DNA of 64,000 nucleotides from NCBI GenBank assembly GCA_944393565.1, contig CALYAM010000005.1, positions 11,405 through 75,404 on the forward strand, given 5' to 3'. Positions 41,554-54,242 of the stretch are shown here, piece by piece. This DNA comes from an uncultured Clostridia bacterium. GTDB taxonomy: Bacteria; Bacillota; Clostridia; TANB77; CAG-508. The notes under the pieces were generated by a model. It was not told where the DNA came from. It did not search any database and saw only the letters and a program-made list of their open reading frames with translations. The translations under genes and the position numbers were made by a program. Within the stretch, counting starts at the first letter, position 1. Each line of letters opens with the position of its first letter.

Positions 41554-42665
41554 AAATTATGCACATCCTTCTTTATGGACTTTAAATTTTTTAAATTAGC
41601 AATTATTAATAAAACAAGACTAATGCCATAGACTAATATAAGCTCAAAATATCGATAAACAGTTCCTTGAATTTCTTTTGCAAAAGCTATATTACTAGAG
41701 AACAGCCCAATTGTAAACATAAGTACGGCAAATGAATAAATAATAGCTTTAGGATTAGAAATATTTGTGATTTTTTTGAAAATATTTATTGAGAAAGCCA
41801 TAGAAATACTTAAATAAGAAATTACAAGCAAAATCCAGAAGAGAATAAACAATGCATCAGTTCTTTGCAAAAAACGACCAAATTCTACTAACCTAGATAA
41901 AGAATAAATTGCTAGAGTTTGGTTTGCGTCATAGGCAAAAGAAAATACAAGTAGCAAGGTCACAACGCTCAAAAATAAATAAATGCTAGAAACAATAATA
42001 GAAATCACAGAGATTTTTTTAAATTTATTGCAATCTTTAAGTATTGGCATAATAAAATATAAAAACGCAATTCCACCAAATGCAAATAAGTTTGTAGCAC
42101 CTTTAAAAAATGTTTCATCAATTCCATAGCCTAATATAGGGAAAAGCCTTTGAGGAACAAAAAAATTTGAATTAGAAATAAAAACAACAAGGATACTAAA
42201 TAGTACAAGTGGAACTATGCCTAAATTCATACTACAAATCACTTTAAACCCTAATTTATTAGCAAGTATGATGCTAGCTAAAAAGATACCAGAAATTATA
42301 AAAACTGGAGTTTGTGGAAAATAAATGATTTTTAAACTTTCAGAAAAATATTTTAAATAAGTAGAAGAAATAAGCAAGAATAGCCCTATATAGGCAATGC
42401 CAATTATTAATTTTAACCATTTTCCACCAACTATTTCACAAATATCTAAAATATCCTTACCTGCAAATTTTTTAAATAATTTGCAAATAAGTAAAGTAAA
42501 TGCAATTGCAATAATACTTATAAAAATAACATTAACCCATGCACTAGAGCCAGTAGAAAAAATAATATTTTCTGGTATATTAAGAAGAATTTCATTTGCC
42601 ATAACAATGCAAATTAAAAAAACAGCTTCGATAAAACCGATTTTTTGCACATTCATAATCAACAC
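41550..42665 (-). CDS. spore germination receptor B subunit (GerxB, APC-superfamily-like 10-TM protein)
   Basis: 371 aa, polytopic, typical GerAB/GerKB length and topology. Located between the gerA and gerC homologs. Confidence 0.8.
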   Translation of the reverse strand: MLIMNVQKIGFIEAVFLICIVMANEILLNIPENIIFSTGSSAWVNVIFISIIAIAFTLLICKLFKKFAGKDILDICEIVGGKWLKLIIGIAYIGLFLLISSTYLKYFSESLKIIYFPQTPVFIISGIFLASIILANKLGFKVICSMNLGIVPLVLFSILVVFISNSNFFVPQRLFPILGYGIDETFFKGATNLFAFGGIAFLYFIMPILKDCNKFKKISVISIIVSSIYLFLSVVTLLLVFSFAYDANQTLAIYSLSRLVEFGRFLQRTDALFILFWILLVISYLSISMAFSINIFKKITNISNPKAIIYSFAVLMFTIGLFSSNIAFAKEIQGTVYRYFELILVYGISLVLLIIANLKNLKSIKKDVHNL

Positions 42666-42670
42666 CCTTT

Positions 42671-44363
42671 CTAATTATATTTCCATTCTTGGCTAATTTT
42701 ATTTTGAGATTTTGATCGTTTTGTATTTAAAAAATCCGCACGTTTTTCTCTTTTCCATATAGGAGGCAATAGGTACGATAATTCAGTTTTCGTGTTGTTT
42801 ACAGGCATATATGGAGAAAGATATGGTACTCCAAAAGATTTTATACTACATAATATAATACCATGCACAAATAACCCAAAACCTATTCCAAGAAAACCTA
42901 GCAAATAACCGAGAATAATATAAATAAACCTATAGAATCTTAAACTAAAACTCAAAGAAAAATCAGGAATAGCAAATGAACAGATTCCAGTTATAGCAAC
43001 TATAATTATAAGGATAGGACTTACAATATTCGCACTTACAGCAGCATCTCCTAAAATAAGTGCACCAACGATTCCAATAGTAGGACCTATTGGAGAAGGA
43101 ACACGAAGACCAGCTTCTCTAATTAATTCAAATGAAATTTCCATTAACAAAATTTCAAAAATAATAGGAAAAGGAACTGTTTGCCTAGAAGCAGCAACTG
43201 CAAATAATAATTCAGTTGGAATAAGTTCATGATGAAAATTTGATACAGCAACATAAATACCAGGAAGCAGAAGTGCAAAAACACCTGCAATAAATCTAAT
43301 TATCTTTAGCAAGTTAGAAAATTGATATCTTAAATTTATATCTTCTGGGGAGGACATGAAATCAACGAGAACACCTGGCATAATTAGAACATAGGGACTC
43401 CCATTGACAATAACAACTACTCTACCTTCAAGCAAATGATTTGCGGCTTTATCAGGTCTTTCAGTTGCAATAATTTGGGGAACTGCAATGTAAGTACTAT
43501 CTTGTATAAGTTGCTCTAACTCTCCAGAGGAAATAACAGAATCAACTAAAAGATTATTAATACGATATTTTACCTCTGCAATTAGATTATCATTTGCAAT
43601 ATTTTTCATATAGCAAATTGCAACTTTAGTTCGAGTTACTTTCCCAACATCAGTATTTTCAATTACCAAGTTCTCATTGTTAATTATTCTTCTAATTAAA
43701 GAAGTATTAACACGTATAGACTCAACAAAGGCTTCTTGCGAGCCCCTAACTACAATCTCATTATTAGGAGTAGAAACGCTTCTTGCTTTAAAGCCTTTAA
43801 CATCGATACTAAAAGCAATACTCAAAGTGTCAATAAAAAGTGCACAATTACCAGAATTGACATCAGATATTATCTTTGAAAATTCAGTTTCTTTAGATAT
43901 GCTATTTTGAGGAATAAGAGAATTATAAATAAAATCTTCAAGGTCAAAGTTCTTTGCTCTTTTCTTAATACTAATATTGCTTGCAATTGCAATAGAAAAA
44001 TCTTTTTTATTATCACTTAAATAAGTATTGGATTTATTTCGAAGCATAAGAGGCTCTAAAACGAAATCATTTATAGTTTTAGAATCTATCATACCATCAA
44101 TATATAGTAAAAAAGCTTTATAATTCTTGTTTTTAGCTACTAAGGTAAACTCGCGAATATTAATGTCACTATTAATCAAAATATTATAGACTACTTTTAA
44201 ATACTCTAAATTAACGTCTAAACTAGGAAAAATTAATTTAGGTTTACTATCAGGTGATTCACTAGAACTATTATTTGTGACACCTGAAAGATTAAAATCA
44301 TAATGATTATTAACATGATAACCGAAACAAAGAAGAAAAAAATGATTTTATATTTTTTTGCAT
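42671..44363 (-). CDS. spore germination receptor A subunit (GerxA), containing an in-frame CGG +1 site
   Basis: GerAA-family C-terminal membrane domain and conserved N-terminal domain. The track ORF starts at a TTG with no RBS. Upstream, an RBS-preceded ATG at 44363 opens 'MQKNIKSFFSSLF' and hits CGG (plus-strand CCG 44322..44324). Skipping its C continues in frame: '...GYHVNNHYDFNLSG...INSDINIREF...'. Confidence 0.75.
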
Positions 44364-44532
44364 AATAAAAACCTCACACAGTTTAACTTAAATTTAGTAT
44401 TTTCCAAAAATAAGAGTAATATACAAAATTTATTGCATACGAAATATATTAAAAAATAGTAATAATAAATAAACAAGACTAATATACATTTATTAAAGTT
44501 AATTGTACAAACATTTTTAAGGAGGAAATATA

Positions 44533-46011
44533 ATGGAAAATACAGGGTTATACCAAGATATTGCAAATAGAACTCAAGGAGATATTTATGTAGGAGTAGT
44601 AGGGCCAGTAAGAACAGGGAAATCTACATTTATTAAAAGATTTATGGACTTATTAGTTATTCCAAATATTGAAAATAGTTATAAAAAAGAAAGAGCAAAA
44701 GATGAATTACCACAGAGCGCAGCAGGAAGAACTATTATGACAACAGAACCAAAATTTGTGCCAAATGAAGCCATAGAAATTACAATTGGAGGAAATATTA
44801 AACTTAAAACAAGATTGGTTGATTGTGTGGGATATTTAGTAAATAACGCTCTTGGTTATATGGAAGACGATGTGCCAAGAATGGTAAAAACGCCATGGGC
44901 AGAAGAAGAGATACCATTTGAAACAGCAGCAGAAATGGGAACAAAGAAAGTAATTACAGAACATTCAACAATTGGCATTATTGTAACAACAGATGGAACT
45001 ATTACTGATATACCAAGAGAAGACTATATAGAAGCAGAACAAAGGGTAGTAAGCGAGTTAAGAGAACTTAATAAACCATTTGTAATTGTTTTAAATTCAG
45101 CAGAACCATATTCAGATTATACAAAGGCCTTAGCACAAAAATTAGAAGAAAAATATAGCACAGCAGTAATCCCAACAGATTGTGCAAATCTCAATATGGA
45201 TGACATAAACATTATTTTTGGAAAATTATTGTATGAATTTCCAATAGAAAGGGTAAATATAAATTTCCCAGGATGGGTTGAAGGATTAAAAGATAATCAT
45301 CCATTAAAAGATGAACTATTCCAAGAAATAAAAGAAGCTTTTAAAGAAATAAGAGCAATTAAACAAATATCAGAAGGAGTAAAAAGCATATCAAAAACCG
45401 AAATTATTAAAAAGACTACATTAGAAGAAGTAAAATTAGGAACAGGGGAAGTAAATATAAATATCGAGTTAAAAGAAGAATTATTTTACCAGATATTAAC
45501 AGAAATATCAGGAGTAAAATTAGAAAACGAAGGTGATTTATTTACAACAATAACTAAATTGGCAGAAACGAAAAAAGAATATGATAAAATTGCATATGCT
45601 CTCCATGAGGTAAGACAAAAAGGATATGGGATAGTTACCCCATCAATGGATGAATTAATTTTAGATGAACCAGAAATGGTAAAGCAAGGTTCAAGATTTG
45701 GTGTAAAACTTAGGGCAAAAGCACCGAGTATACATATGATAAAGGCAGACATAGAAACAGAAGTGTCACCAATAGTAGGAAGTGAAAAGCAATCGGAAGA
45801 ATTAGTAAATTATTTGCTATCAGAATTTGAAAGTGATCCAAAAAAAATATGGGAATCAAATATTTTTGGAAAAAGTCTACACGAATTAGTTAATGAAGGA
45901 CTTCAAAGCAAACTGTCTAAAATGCCAGAAGATGCGCAGGAAAAAATTCAGGAAACACTAGAGAGAATTATAAATGAAGGAAGCGGAGGATTAATCTGTA
46001 TAATACTGTAA
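44533..46011 (+). CDS. spoIVA: stage IV sporulation protein A (spore coat morphogenetic ATPase)
   Basis: N-terminal Walker A 'GVVGPVRTGKSTFIKRFM'. Highly conserved SpoIVA length. Confidence 0.9.
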   Translation: MENTGLYQDIANRTQGDIYVGVVGPVRTGKSTFIKRFMDLLVIPNIENSYKKERAKDELPQSAAGRTIMTTEPKFVPNEAIEITIGGNIKLKTRLVDCVGYLVNNALGYMEDDVPRMVKTPWAEEEIPFETAAEMGTKKVITEHSTIGIIVTTDGTITDIPREDYIEAEQRVVSELRELNKPFVIVLNSAEPYSDYTKALAQKLEEKYSTAVIPTDCANLNMDDINIIFGKLLYEFPIERVNINFPGWVEGLKDNHPLKDELFQEIKEAFKEIRAIKQISEGVKSISKTEIIKKTTLEEVKLGTGEVNINIELKEELFYQILTEISGVKLENEGDLFTTITKLAETKKEYDKIAYALHEVRQKGYGIVTPSMDELILDEPEMVKQGSRFGVKLRAKAPSIHMIKADIETEVSPIVGSEKQSEELVNYLLSEFESDPKKIWESNIFGKSLHELVNEGLQSKLSKMPEDAQEKIQETLERIINEGSGGLICIIL

Positions 46012-46025
46012 ATAACAACGAGATA

Positions 46026-46062
46026 TTGCTGTAATTCATAGCAATATCTCGTTATAAATTAT
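46026..46062. terminator. bidirectional terminator between spoIVA (+) and the membrane-protein gene (-)
   Basis: Inverted repeat acgagatattgct / agcaatatctcgt. Confidence 0.6.
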
Positions 46063-46442
46063 TACATTTGTTGGCTACCAGGAAGAAAGTAATCTACAAC
46101 ACCATACACTAAGGCACCAATTATAGATGCAATCCACGAAATTGAATAACCAGCAACGAAATATTGAGTTAAATATAAAACAGCAACTGCTAAAACAAAA
46201 CCTACAAATCCTTTTCCAAAAGGGCTAGCATGCAAGCCAGTAAATTTAACAATTAAATAATCCATAATTGTTAATACAATTGCAGCAATTGCTAATGACC
46301 AAATATTATTGATTGAGAAACCTGGTGTAAAAAATGCTGTAATAGCAAGTACAATTGCAGCTGTTACAAGTCTTCCTAAAATTTGCCCTACAGTTGTCCC
46401 TGTATTGTTTTCAGAACGTATATTTGAACCATCATCACTCAT
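46062..46442 (-). CDS. 4-TM membrane protein (phage-holin-4_2/DUF360-like family)
   Basis: 126 aa, four hydrophobic helices, GxxxG-rich. Standalone, with no phage neighbours. Confidence 0.5.
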   Translation of the reverse strand: MSDDGSNIRSENNTGTTVGQILGRLVTAAIVLAITAFFTPGFSINNIWSLAIAAIVLTIMDYLIVKFTGLHASPFGKGFVGFVLAVAVLYLTQYFVAGYSISWIASIIGALVYGVVDYFLPGSQQM

Positions 46443-46615
46443 TTTCCAATAAGACCTCCTTTATAAAATGTATAAATATTGTGTGAATATACTCATGGTT
46501 TCAATAGTAGTATTTACAATTTTAAAAAATGTATTCAAAAATTTAAAAAGTTTATTTTTAAAGTATATTTTAAACCAAATTGCAAAGAATATTCTTATTA
46601 AAAAGGAGGAAAATT

Positions 46616-47299
46616 ATGCTTGCAATGTTTGTACGAGTAATTGTTTTATATATTCTAGTTTTAATTGTTATGAGATTTATGGGAAAACGAGAAATTGGAC
46701 AATTACAACCGTTTGAACTTGCAATTGCAATAATGATTGCAGATTTAGCATCAGTGCCTATGGAAGATACAGGAATTCCGATATCAAGTGGCATAATTCC
46801 AATACTAGCATTGCTTGTTATGCATTTACTAATATCATTGATAAATCTAAAAAGCATAAAAGCAAGAGAAATTATATGTGGAAAGCCTTCAATTTTAATT
46901 TACAGAGGAAAAATAGACGAAAAAAAATTAAAAAAAGAAAGACTTACAGTAAATGAACTAGAAGAACGTTTGCGAGGAAATAATATATCAAGTGTTGGGG
47001 ACGTAGAATATGCAATATTAGAAACTAGTGGACAAATTACTGTAATTCAAAAACCAAATAAAAGAATGACTATTCCAGCAGACTTTAATATTATGCCAGA
47101 ATACGAAGGAATCACTTACGATTTAGTAGTTGACGAGAAAGTAATGTTTGATAATTTAAAAAAATTGGGAAAAGATTATCAATGGTTAAAAAAAGAAGCT
47201 GAGAAATTTAAAATAAAACCAGAGCAAGCATTACTAATGACAATAGATGGAAAAGGACAAATATTTTGCCAAGCAAAAGAAAAGAGGAAATCCAAATGA
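46616..47299 (+). CDS. DUF421 (YetF-like) membrane protein
   Basis: 'MGKREIGQLQPFELAIAIMIADLAS' is the DUF421 signature region. AAGGAGGA RBS before the internal ATG. Confidence 0.65.
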   Translation: MLAMFVRVIVLYILVLIVMRFMGKREIGQLQPFELAIAIMIADLASVPMEDTGIPISSGIIPILALLVMHLLISLINLKSIKAREIICGKPSILIYRGKIDEKKLKKERLTVNELEERLRGNNISSVGDVEYAILETSGQITVIQKPNKRMTIPADFNIMPEYEGITYDLVVDEKVMFDNLKKLGKDYQWLKKEAEKFKIKPEQALLMTIDGKGQIFCQAKEKRKSK

Positions 47300-47688
47300 A
47301 AGAATTAACAATGATAATTGTAATTGTTCTGGTAGTTATTATATCAAATTATTTAGTACAAAACTATCTAATAAAAACAAGTGATGACATTGTGGGTAAC
47401 TTGAAAATTTTAAAAGAGCAAATAAAAAAAGCAAAAGTAAACAATGAAAATGAAGAGGCATTATACCTGGTAGACGAAATTTTAAAAAAATGGGAAAATA
47501 TAGATAAAAATTGGTCAATGGTAGTAGTACATGAAGAATTAGATAAAATTAAGCTTTCTCTCTTAACTTTAAAAGCAACAATAGAAATAGGACAATATAA
47601 TGACGGATTAGAGGAAATTGATAAGTCAATCTTTCTAGTGGGGCATATAAAAGAAAAAGAATCATTTAAAATAAAAAACATATTTTAA
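47296..47688 (+). CDS. DUF4363-like small membrane-anchored protein
   Basis: N-terminal TM helix. Overlaps the end of the DUF421 gene in the ATGA arrangement typical of a DUF421/DUF4363 pair. Confidence 0.45.
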   Translation: MKELTMIIVIVLVVIISNYLVQNYLIKTSDDIVGNLKILKEQIKKAKVNNENEEALYLVDEILKKWENIDKNWSMVVVHEELDKIKLSLLTLKATIEIGQYNDGLEEIDKSIFLVGHIKEKESFKIKNIF

Positions 47689-47888
47689 AAATAACAGATA
47701 TGGTATGATGCGTCTTAACATTTTTAACTAAAAACGCAATTTATAAGTTAAAAAAAATTAATTAAAATGCTATTAGACAAAAAATGAATTAGTGACAAAA
47801 TATTAAAGTAGTCCAATCACAAAGATCTTGTAAATTAGTAGATTTTTTATGAACCATATGCTAAAATACCTTTTAGGAGGTATTTTAT

Positions 47889-48608
47889 ATGGAATTAAAA
47901 TTAGAATATTATTTTACAAACTATGAAGAAAATAGAGTTTTTAAAGACATTATAAAAAATGCAGAAAACGTTTTAAACATTTTTGATATTGCACAAGAAT
48001 ATTTAAAAGAAAAAATAACAAACACAGATATAAAAGAAAATAGAGGAGAATTACTTAGCAAAAATATTACTTTTATAGGAAACTATTTTATTGATGAGGG
48101 CACAAAAATATATCCGGGAGTAGTTATAGAAGGACCTGTATATATCGGAAAAAATGTAAAAATAATGCCAGGAGCATATGTGAGACCGGGAACAATTACA
48201 GGAGATAATTGTGTTATAGGGTTTAATTCAGAAGTAAAAAATAGTGTATTACAAAATGGAGCCAAAGTAGCAAGTTTAGCATTTGTAGGAGATAGCATAC
48301 TAGGCAAGAGTGCAAGAATTGGCTCAGGAGTGATTACAGCAAATAGAAGATTTGACCAGCAAAACATAAAATTAAAAATGAAAACCAATGAAAAATTGGA
48401 TACAAAAAAAGATTTTTTTGGTTGCATATTAGGAGATTACTCAAGGATAGGAGCAAGTAGTGTAACATCACCTGGAACACTAATTGGACAATATACATGG
48501 ATTTATCCATCAACATCAATTTATGGATTTATACCATCACAAAAAAGAATATATAATAAAAGCAATTGGGTAACAGAAGAAAATATAAGAGTTGAACTAA
48601 AACAATAA
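47889..48608 (+). CDS. left-handed beta-helix (hexapeptide-repeat) transferase-like protein
   Basis: Imperfect hexapeptide repeats ([LIV]-G-x-x-x-x) across residues ~80-200, such as 'IGKNVKIMPGAYV', 'IGFNSEVKNSVL', 'IGSGVITANRRF'. Confidence 0.55.
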   Translation: MELKLEYYFTNYEENRVFKDIIKNAENVLNIFDIAQEYLKEKITNTDIKENRGELLSKNITFIGNYFIDEGTKIYPGVVIEGPVYIGKNVKIMPGAYVRPGTITGDNCVIGFNSEVKNSVLQNGAKVASLAFVGDSILGKSARIGSGVITANRRFDQQNIKLKMKTNEKLDTKKDFFGCILGDYSRIGASSVTSPGTLIGQYTWIYPSTSIYGFIPSQKRIYNKSNWVTEENIRVELKQ

Positions 48609-48900
48609 AAAACAACACAAACAAGTTAAAACTTTAGAAATGGTAAAATTAAATTACTGGTTATATTTTCTTTTCCTCTAAATAAAAAGTACTGACAAAA
48701 GAATGTGCATAATAAACCGGAAACTTATTATTGCTATTTATACAAAGTTAAAACTTAGATAAAACAATTGACAAAACTAGTAAACCATGTTAAAATAATT
48801 AATTGTAAGCCGCTTAATAACGGTAGTAAATACTAGCGAAACAATCTAGTTACCGATATAAAAGGTTAGCGAGTATACAAAAAAGGGAGGTGCTTTCACG

Positions 48901-49260
48901 ATGTATGCTATTATAGAAAGCTGTGGAAAGCAATACAAAGTTACAGAAGGAGATGTAGTATTTTTCGAAAAATTGGATGCTGAAGAAGGAAAGAAAATTA
49001 CTTTTGACAAAGTAGTTTTAGTAAGTGAAGATGGCGGAAAAATACAAATAGGAAATCCTTATGTAAAAGGCATTAAAGTAGAAGGTAAAGTAATTTCACA
49101 CGGTAAAGCTAAAAAAATCATTGTTTTCAAATATAAAGCAAAGAAAAATTATAGAAGAAAACAAGGACATAGACAACCATATACGAAGGTTGAAATTACA
49201 GGAATAAAAACACAAGCAACAAAAAAACAAGCAGAAAAAGAAACTGCACAAGGGAAATAA
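48901..49260 (+). CDS. rplU: 50S ribosomal protein L21
   Basis: '[14 protein letters not shown]...' plus a basic tail. GGGAGG RBS. Confidence 0.9.
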   Translation: MYAIIESCGKQYKVTEGDVVFFEKLDAEEGKKITFDKVVLVSEDGGKIQIGNPYVKGIKVEGKVISHGKAKKIIVFKYKAKKNYRRKQGHRQPYTKVEITGIKTQATKKQAEKETAQGK

Positions 49261-49301
49261 TGTAGGAGAACTACTTTATAAGCGAAGGGAGTGAATTAAA
49301 A

Positions 49302-49571
49302 ATGGCACATAAAAAAGGTGGCGGAAGTACTAAAAACGGTCGTGAGAGTGAGTCTAAACGTTTAGGTACTAAAAGAGCTGATGGACAATTTGTTTTAGCT
49401 GGAAATATTCTAGTAAGACAAAGAGGCACAAAAATTCATCCAGGCACAAATGTAGGAATTGGAAGTGATGATACCTTATTTGCATTAGAAAGTGGAAAGG
49501 TTAAATTTGAAAGAAAAGGTAAAGATAAAAAACAAGTTAGCGTATATCCAGTAGAAACAATAAAAGCATAA
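49302..49571 (+). CDS. rpmA: 50S ribosomal protein L27 (no N-terminal propeptide)
   Basis: Starts directly '[22 protein letters not shown]'. A stop lies in frame immediately upstream. No prp gene between rplU and rpmA. Confidence 0.9.
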   Translation: MAHKKGGGSTKNGRESESKRLGTKRADGQFVLAGNILVRQRGTKIHPGTNVGIGSDDTLFALESGKVKFERKGKDKKQVSVYPVETIKA

Positions 49572-49585
49572 AATATGTAAATAAA

Positions 49586-49634
49586 AAAACACAAGAACAA
49601 GGAATTAACAAAACCTTGTTCTTGTGTTTTTTAA
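49586..49634 (+). terminator. rho-independent terminator after rpmA
   Basis: aacacaagaacaagg ... ccttgttcttgtgtt stem followed by TTTTTT. Confidence 0.65.
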
Positions 49635-49697
49635 AAAATTACTATATAATATAAAAGTATTTATCATAAAACAAATCAAAAGAAAGAGGAAATAAAA

Positions 49698-51999
<2,302 letters not shown>

Positions 52000-52019
52000 T
52001 AATAAACTTATATAAAACT

Positions 52020-52058
52020 AAAACTTTTGTTTGACTTTTAAAATCTTTTGTGATACTA
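52020..52058 (+). promoter_or_regulatory. lexA promoter (TTGACT-N17-TACTAT) with an overlapping LexA-box-like palindrome AAAC-TTTT-GTTT
   Basis: -35 at 52030..52035 and -10 at 52053..52058. The dyad AAACTTTTGTTT (52020..52031) resembles the Firmicute GAAC-N4-GTTC Cheo box in a degenerate form. Confidence 0.4.
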
Positions 52059-52090
52059 TACAAAGTAGAAAAAAATAGGAGTGATGTTTT

Positions 52091-52744
52091 GTGAAGAAAA
52101 AAGATCCAAATGAGCTAAATAAAAGAGAAAAGTCAATACTAAAATTCATTGAAAAACAAATTACAATAAATGGTTATCCACCATCTGTAAGAGAAATAGG
52201 AAAAGCAGTGGGATTAAAATCTACTGCAACGGTACATGGTTACTTATCTAATTTAACTAAAAAAGGCTATATAAAAAAGGAAAGTCAAAAAGGAAGAACA
52301 CTAAAAGTATTAAAAGGTGGTATGCTTAAAGACCAAATGCAAATAGAAAAACCATATTATAGTGGAAAAGAAATGGTAGAAGTTCCTGTTATAGGCAAGA
52401 TTACTGCAGGAGAACCAATACTTGCAATAGAAAATATAACAGATACATTTCCAATACCAATTGATTTTGTTGGAAACTCCGAAAGTTTTATGCTAACAGT
52501 TAGAGGAGAAAGTATGATTGAGGCTGGAATTTTAGATGGAGACTATATATTAGTGAAAAAACAAAATACAGCCAATAATGGTGAAATTGTTGTGGCATTA
52601 ATAGGCGAAGAAGCAACAGTTAAAACATTTTATAAAGAAAAAGATCATATACGTTTGCAACCACAAAATAGCACAATGGATCCAATCATTGTTCCTAATT
52701 GTGAGATTTTAGGTAAGGTAGCAGGAGTATTTAGAAAAATATAA
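52091..52744 (+). CDS. lexA: LexA repressor (S24 peptidase)
   Basis: GTG start. wHTH 'SVREIGKAVGLKSTATVHGYL'. Cleavage site region 'ITAGEP'. Catalytic 'GESM' Ser and downstream Lys. Confidence 0.9.
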   Translation: MKKKDPNELNKREKSILKFIEKQITINGYPPSVREIGKAVGLKSTATVHGYLSNLTKKGYIKKESQKGRTLKVLKGGMLKDQMQIEKPYYSGKEMVEVPVIGKITAGEPILAIENITDTFPIPIDFVGNSESFMLTVRGESMIEAGILDGDYILVKKQNTANNGEIVVALIGEEATVKTFYKEKDHIRLQPQNSTMDPIIVPNCEILGKVAGVFRKI

Positions 52745-52785
52745 GGAAATTGCTTCATATAATAAAATAGTGATTCTTTAAATAA

Positions 52786-52828
52786 AAAAACCTATATAAC
52801 AGCTATTAGTTATATAGGTTTTTTTATT
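52786..52828 (+). terminator. rho-independent terminator of lexA
   Basis: aaacctatataac ... gttatataggttt stem plus a T-run, embedded in a longer palindrome. Confidence 0.65.
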
Positions 52829-52911
52829 TAAAGAACAATGTGTTGTACTTAAAATATGAATAATTGAATAAATTAAAGACATAATAATAATGTATAGAAA
52901 GGGTGATTTAT

Positions 52912-53088
52912 ATGGACAAAAATAAAAATTTTTCTAAAAAAAATGAAAATGAAGATTCAACAAAATATGGTGAATTTGTTTGTTCCGCATATCATTGGTT
53001 ATCGCCTGAAGAGCAAAAGGAAAATGCAAACAAGTTGGAGAATATAACAAAAACAGAAGAAATAAAGAAAAACAAGAAGAAAAATTAA
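52912..53088 (+). CDS. small hypothetical protein (58 aa)
   Basis: ORF with a GGGTGA RBS. Lys/Asn/Glu-rich, no motif recognised. Confidence 0.3.
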   Translation: MDKNKNFSKKNENEDSTKYGEFVCSAYHWLSPEEQKENANKLENITKTEEIKKNKKKN

Positions 53089-53160
53089 AGTAAACATTTA
53101 AATATACAATAAAAACATAAATTTTAAACTTAAGTAGACATATTAAAGCGTAAATGAAAT

Positions 53161-53220
53161 TTGCAATAAAAAAACAATATAGTATAATTATATACGAAAG
53201 TCAAAGAAAGTCAAAGTCAG
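53161..53220 (+). promoter_or_regulatory. ctsR promoter (TTGCAA-N16-TATAAT) with a CtsR operator (tandem AGTCAAA heptads)
   Basis: aAGTCAAAgaaAGTCAAAgtcag at 53198..53220 matches the CtsR box consensus (A/G)GTCAAA-NAN-(A/G)GTCAAA. It sits directly downstream of the -10 at 53183..53188. Confidence 0.7.
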
Positions 53221-53229
53221 AAGGAGAAA

Positions 53230-53682
53230 ATGACTATGAGAATATCAGATGTTATTGAAGAATTTATAAAAGAATTAATGAAAGATGAAAATGATTTTAT
53301 AGAAATCCAAAGGAATGAATTAGCAGAGCATTTTAACTGTGTGCCATCTCAAATTAATTATGTTATTTCAACTAGGTTTAGACCATCGCAAGGCTATTAT
53401 GTTGAAAGTAAAAGAGGTGGAGGAGGCCATATTCGTATAAAAAGAATTAGCAAGAATAAGGACAATTATTTAACACATATAATAACAAGTATGGAAGAGA
53501 GTATAACAGGCAATGAAGTAGATGTTTTAATAAGTAATTTACTTTCTTATGGAATAATAGATCAAACAGAAGCCAGATTACTTAAAGTTGCAACAAGTGA
53601 CAATGTTTTAATTGTACCTCAAAATACAAAAGACAAATTACGTTCAAGTATATTAAAAAATATGTTACTAAATTTATTTTAA
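53230..53682 (+). CDS. ctsR: transcriptional repressor CtsR
   Basis: 'RISDVIEEFIKELM...' and the Gly-rich 'KRGGGGHIRIKRI' CtsR signature. Confidence 0.9.
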   Translation: MTMRISDVIEEFIKELMKDENDFIEIQRNELAEHFNCVPSQINYVISTRFRPSQGYYVESKRGGGGHIRIKRISKNKDNYLTHIITSMEESITGNEVDVLISNLLSYGIIDQTEARLLKVATSDNVLIVPQNTKDKLRSSILKNMLLNLF

Positions 53683-53697
53683 AAAGGAGTGGTAAAC

Positions 53698-54237
53698 ATG
53701 CTATGTGAAAATTGTAATGAAAATGAAGCTAATGTAAGATATACACAAATAGTAAATGGAGTAAAAAAAGAAATGATGCTCTGTGATAAATGTGCAAAAA
53801 AATTTGGAATTGGAAATATGGATTTTCATTTGGAATTACCAATTGACTTTTCTAATTTCTTTGGTGAATTATTAAATGATTATGATAATGATGGTTTTAT
53901 GCCTGAAATTGCGATGCCAAAAACTCTAACATGTGATAAATGCGGAATAAGCTTTGAAGATTTTATTGAGAGTGGAAAATTCGGATGTGACCACTGTTAT
54001 GATGTATTCGAAGAAAGAATTGATCCAATATTAAAAAGAATGCATGGAAATAACAGATATAATGGAAGAAAAGCAAAAACAATAAGTGCAAATAATATTA
54101 CAGAAAAACAAAACACAAATTCTAAAGTTGATATTCTGAAAGCAGAACTAAAACAAAAAATAAAAGAAGAAAGGTATGAAGAAGCTGCAAAAATTAGAGA
54201 CGAAATAAAACAATTAGAAAATAAAAAGGAGGAATAA
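53698..54237 (+). CDS. mcsA: protein-arginine kinase activator McsA (UVR-domain zinc-finger protein)
   Basis: CxxC pairs (CENCN...CDKC; CDKCG...CDHC) and a C-terminal UVR motif 'EERYEEAAKIRDEI'. Confidence 0.85.
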   Translation: MLCENCNENEANVRYTQIVNGVKKEMMLCDKCAKKFGIGNMDFHLELPIDFSNFFGELLNDYDNDGFMPEIAMPKTLTCDKCGISFEDFIESGKFGCDHCYDVFEERIDPILKRMHGNNRYNGRKAKTISANNITEKQNTNSKVDILKAELKQKIKEERYEEAAKIRDEIKQLENKKEE

Positions 54238-54242
54238 AAGTT

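Noticed and set aside
42397-42696. 99-aa plus-strand ORF antisense to gerB/gerA; also 43677..43910 and 44348..44566
   Set aside because: Antisense to conserved ger genes. No RBS, and the ORF at 44348..44566 is replaced by the extended gerA N-terminus.
48640-48900. Possible ribosomal-protein L21 leader RNA upstream of rplU
   Set aside because: I could not match conserved leader motifs by eye. It needs an Rfam/Infernal scan before being called.
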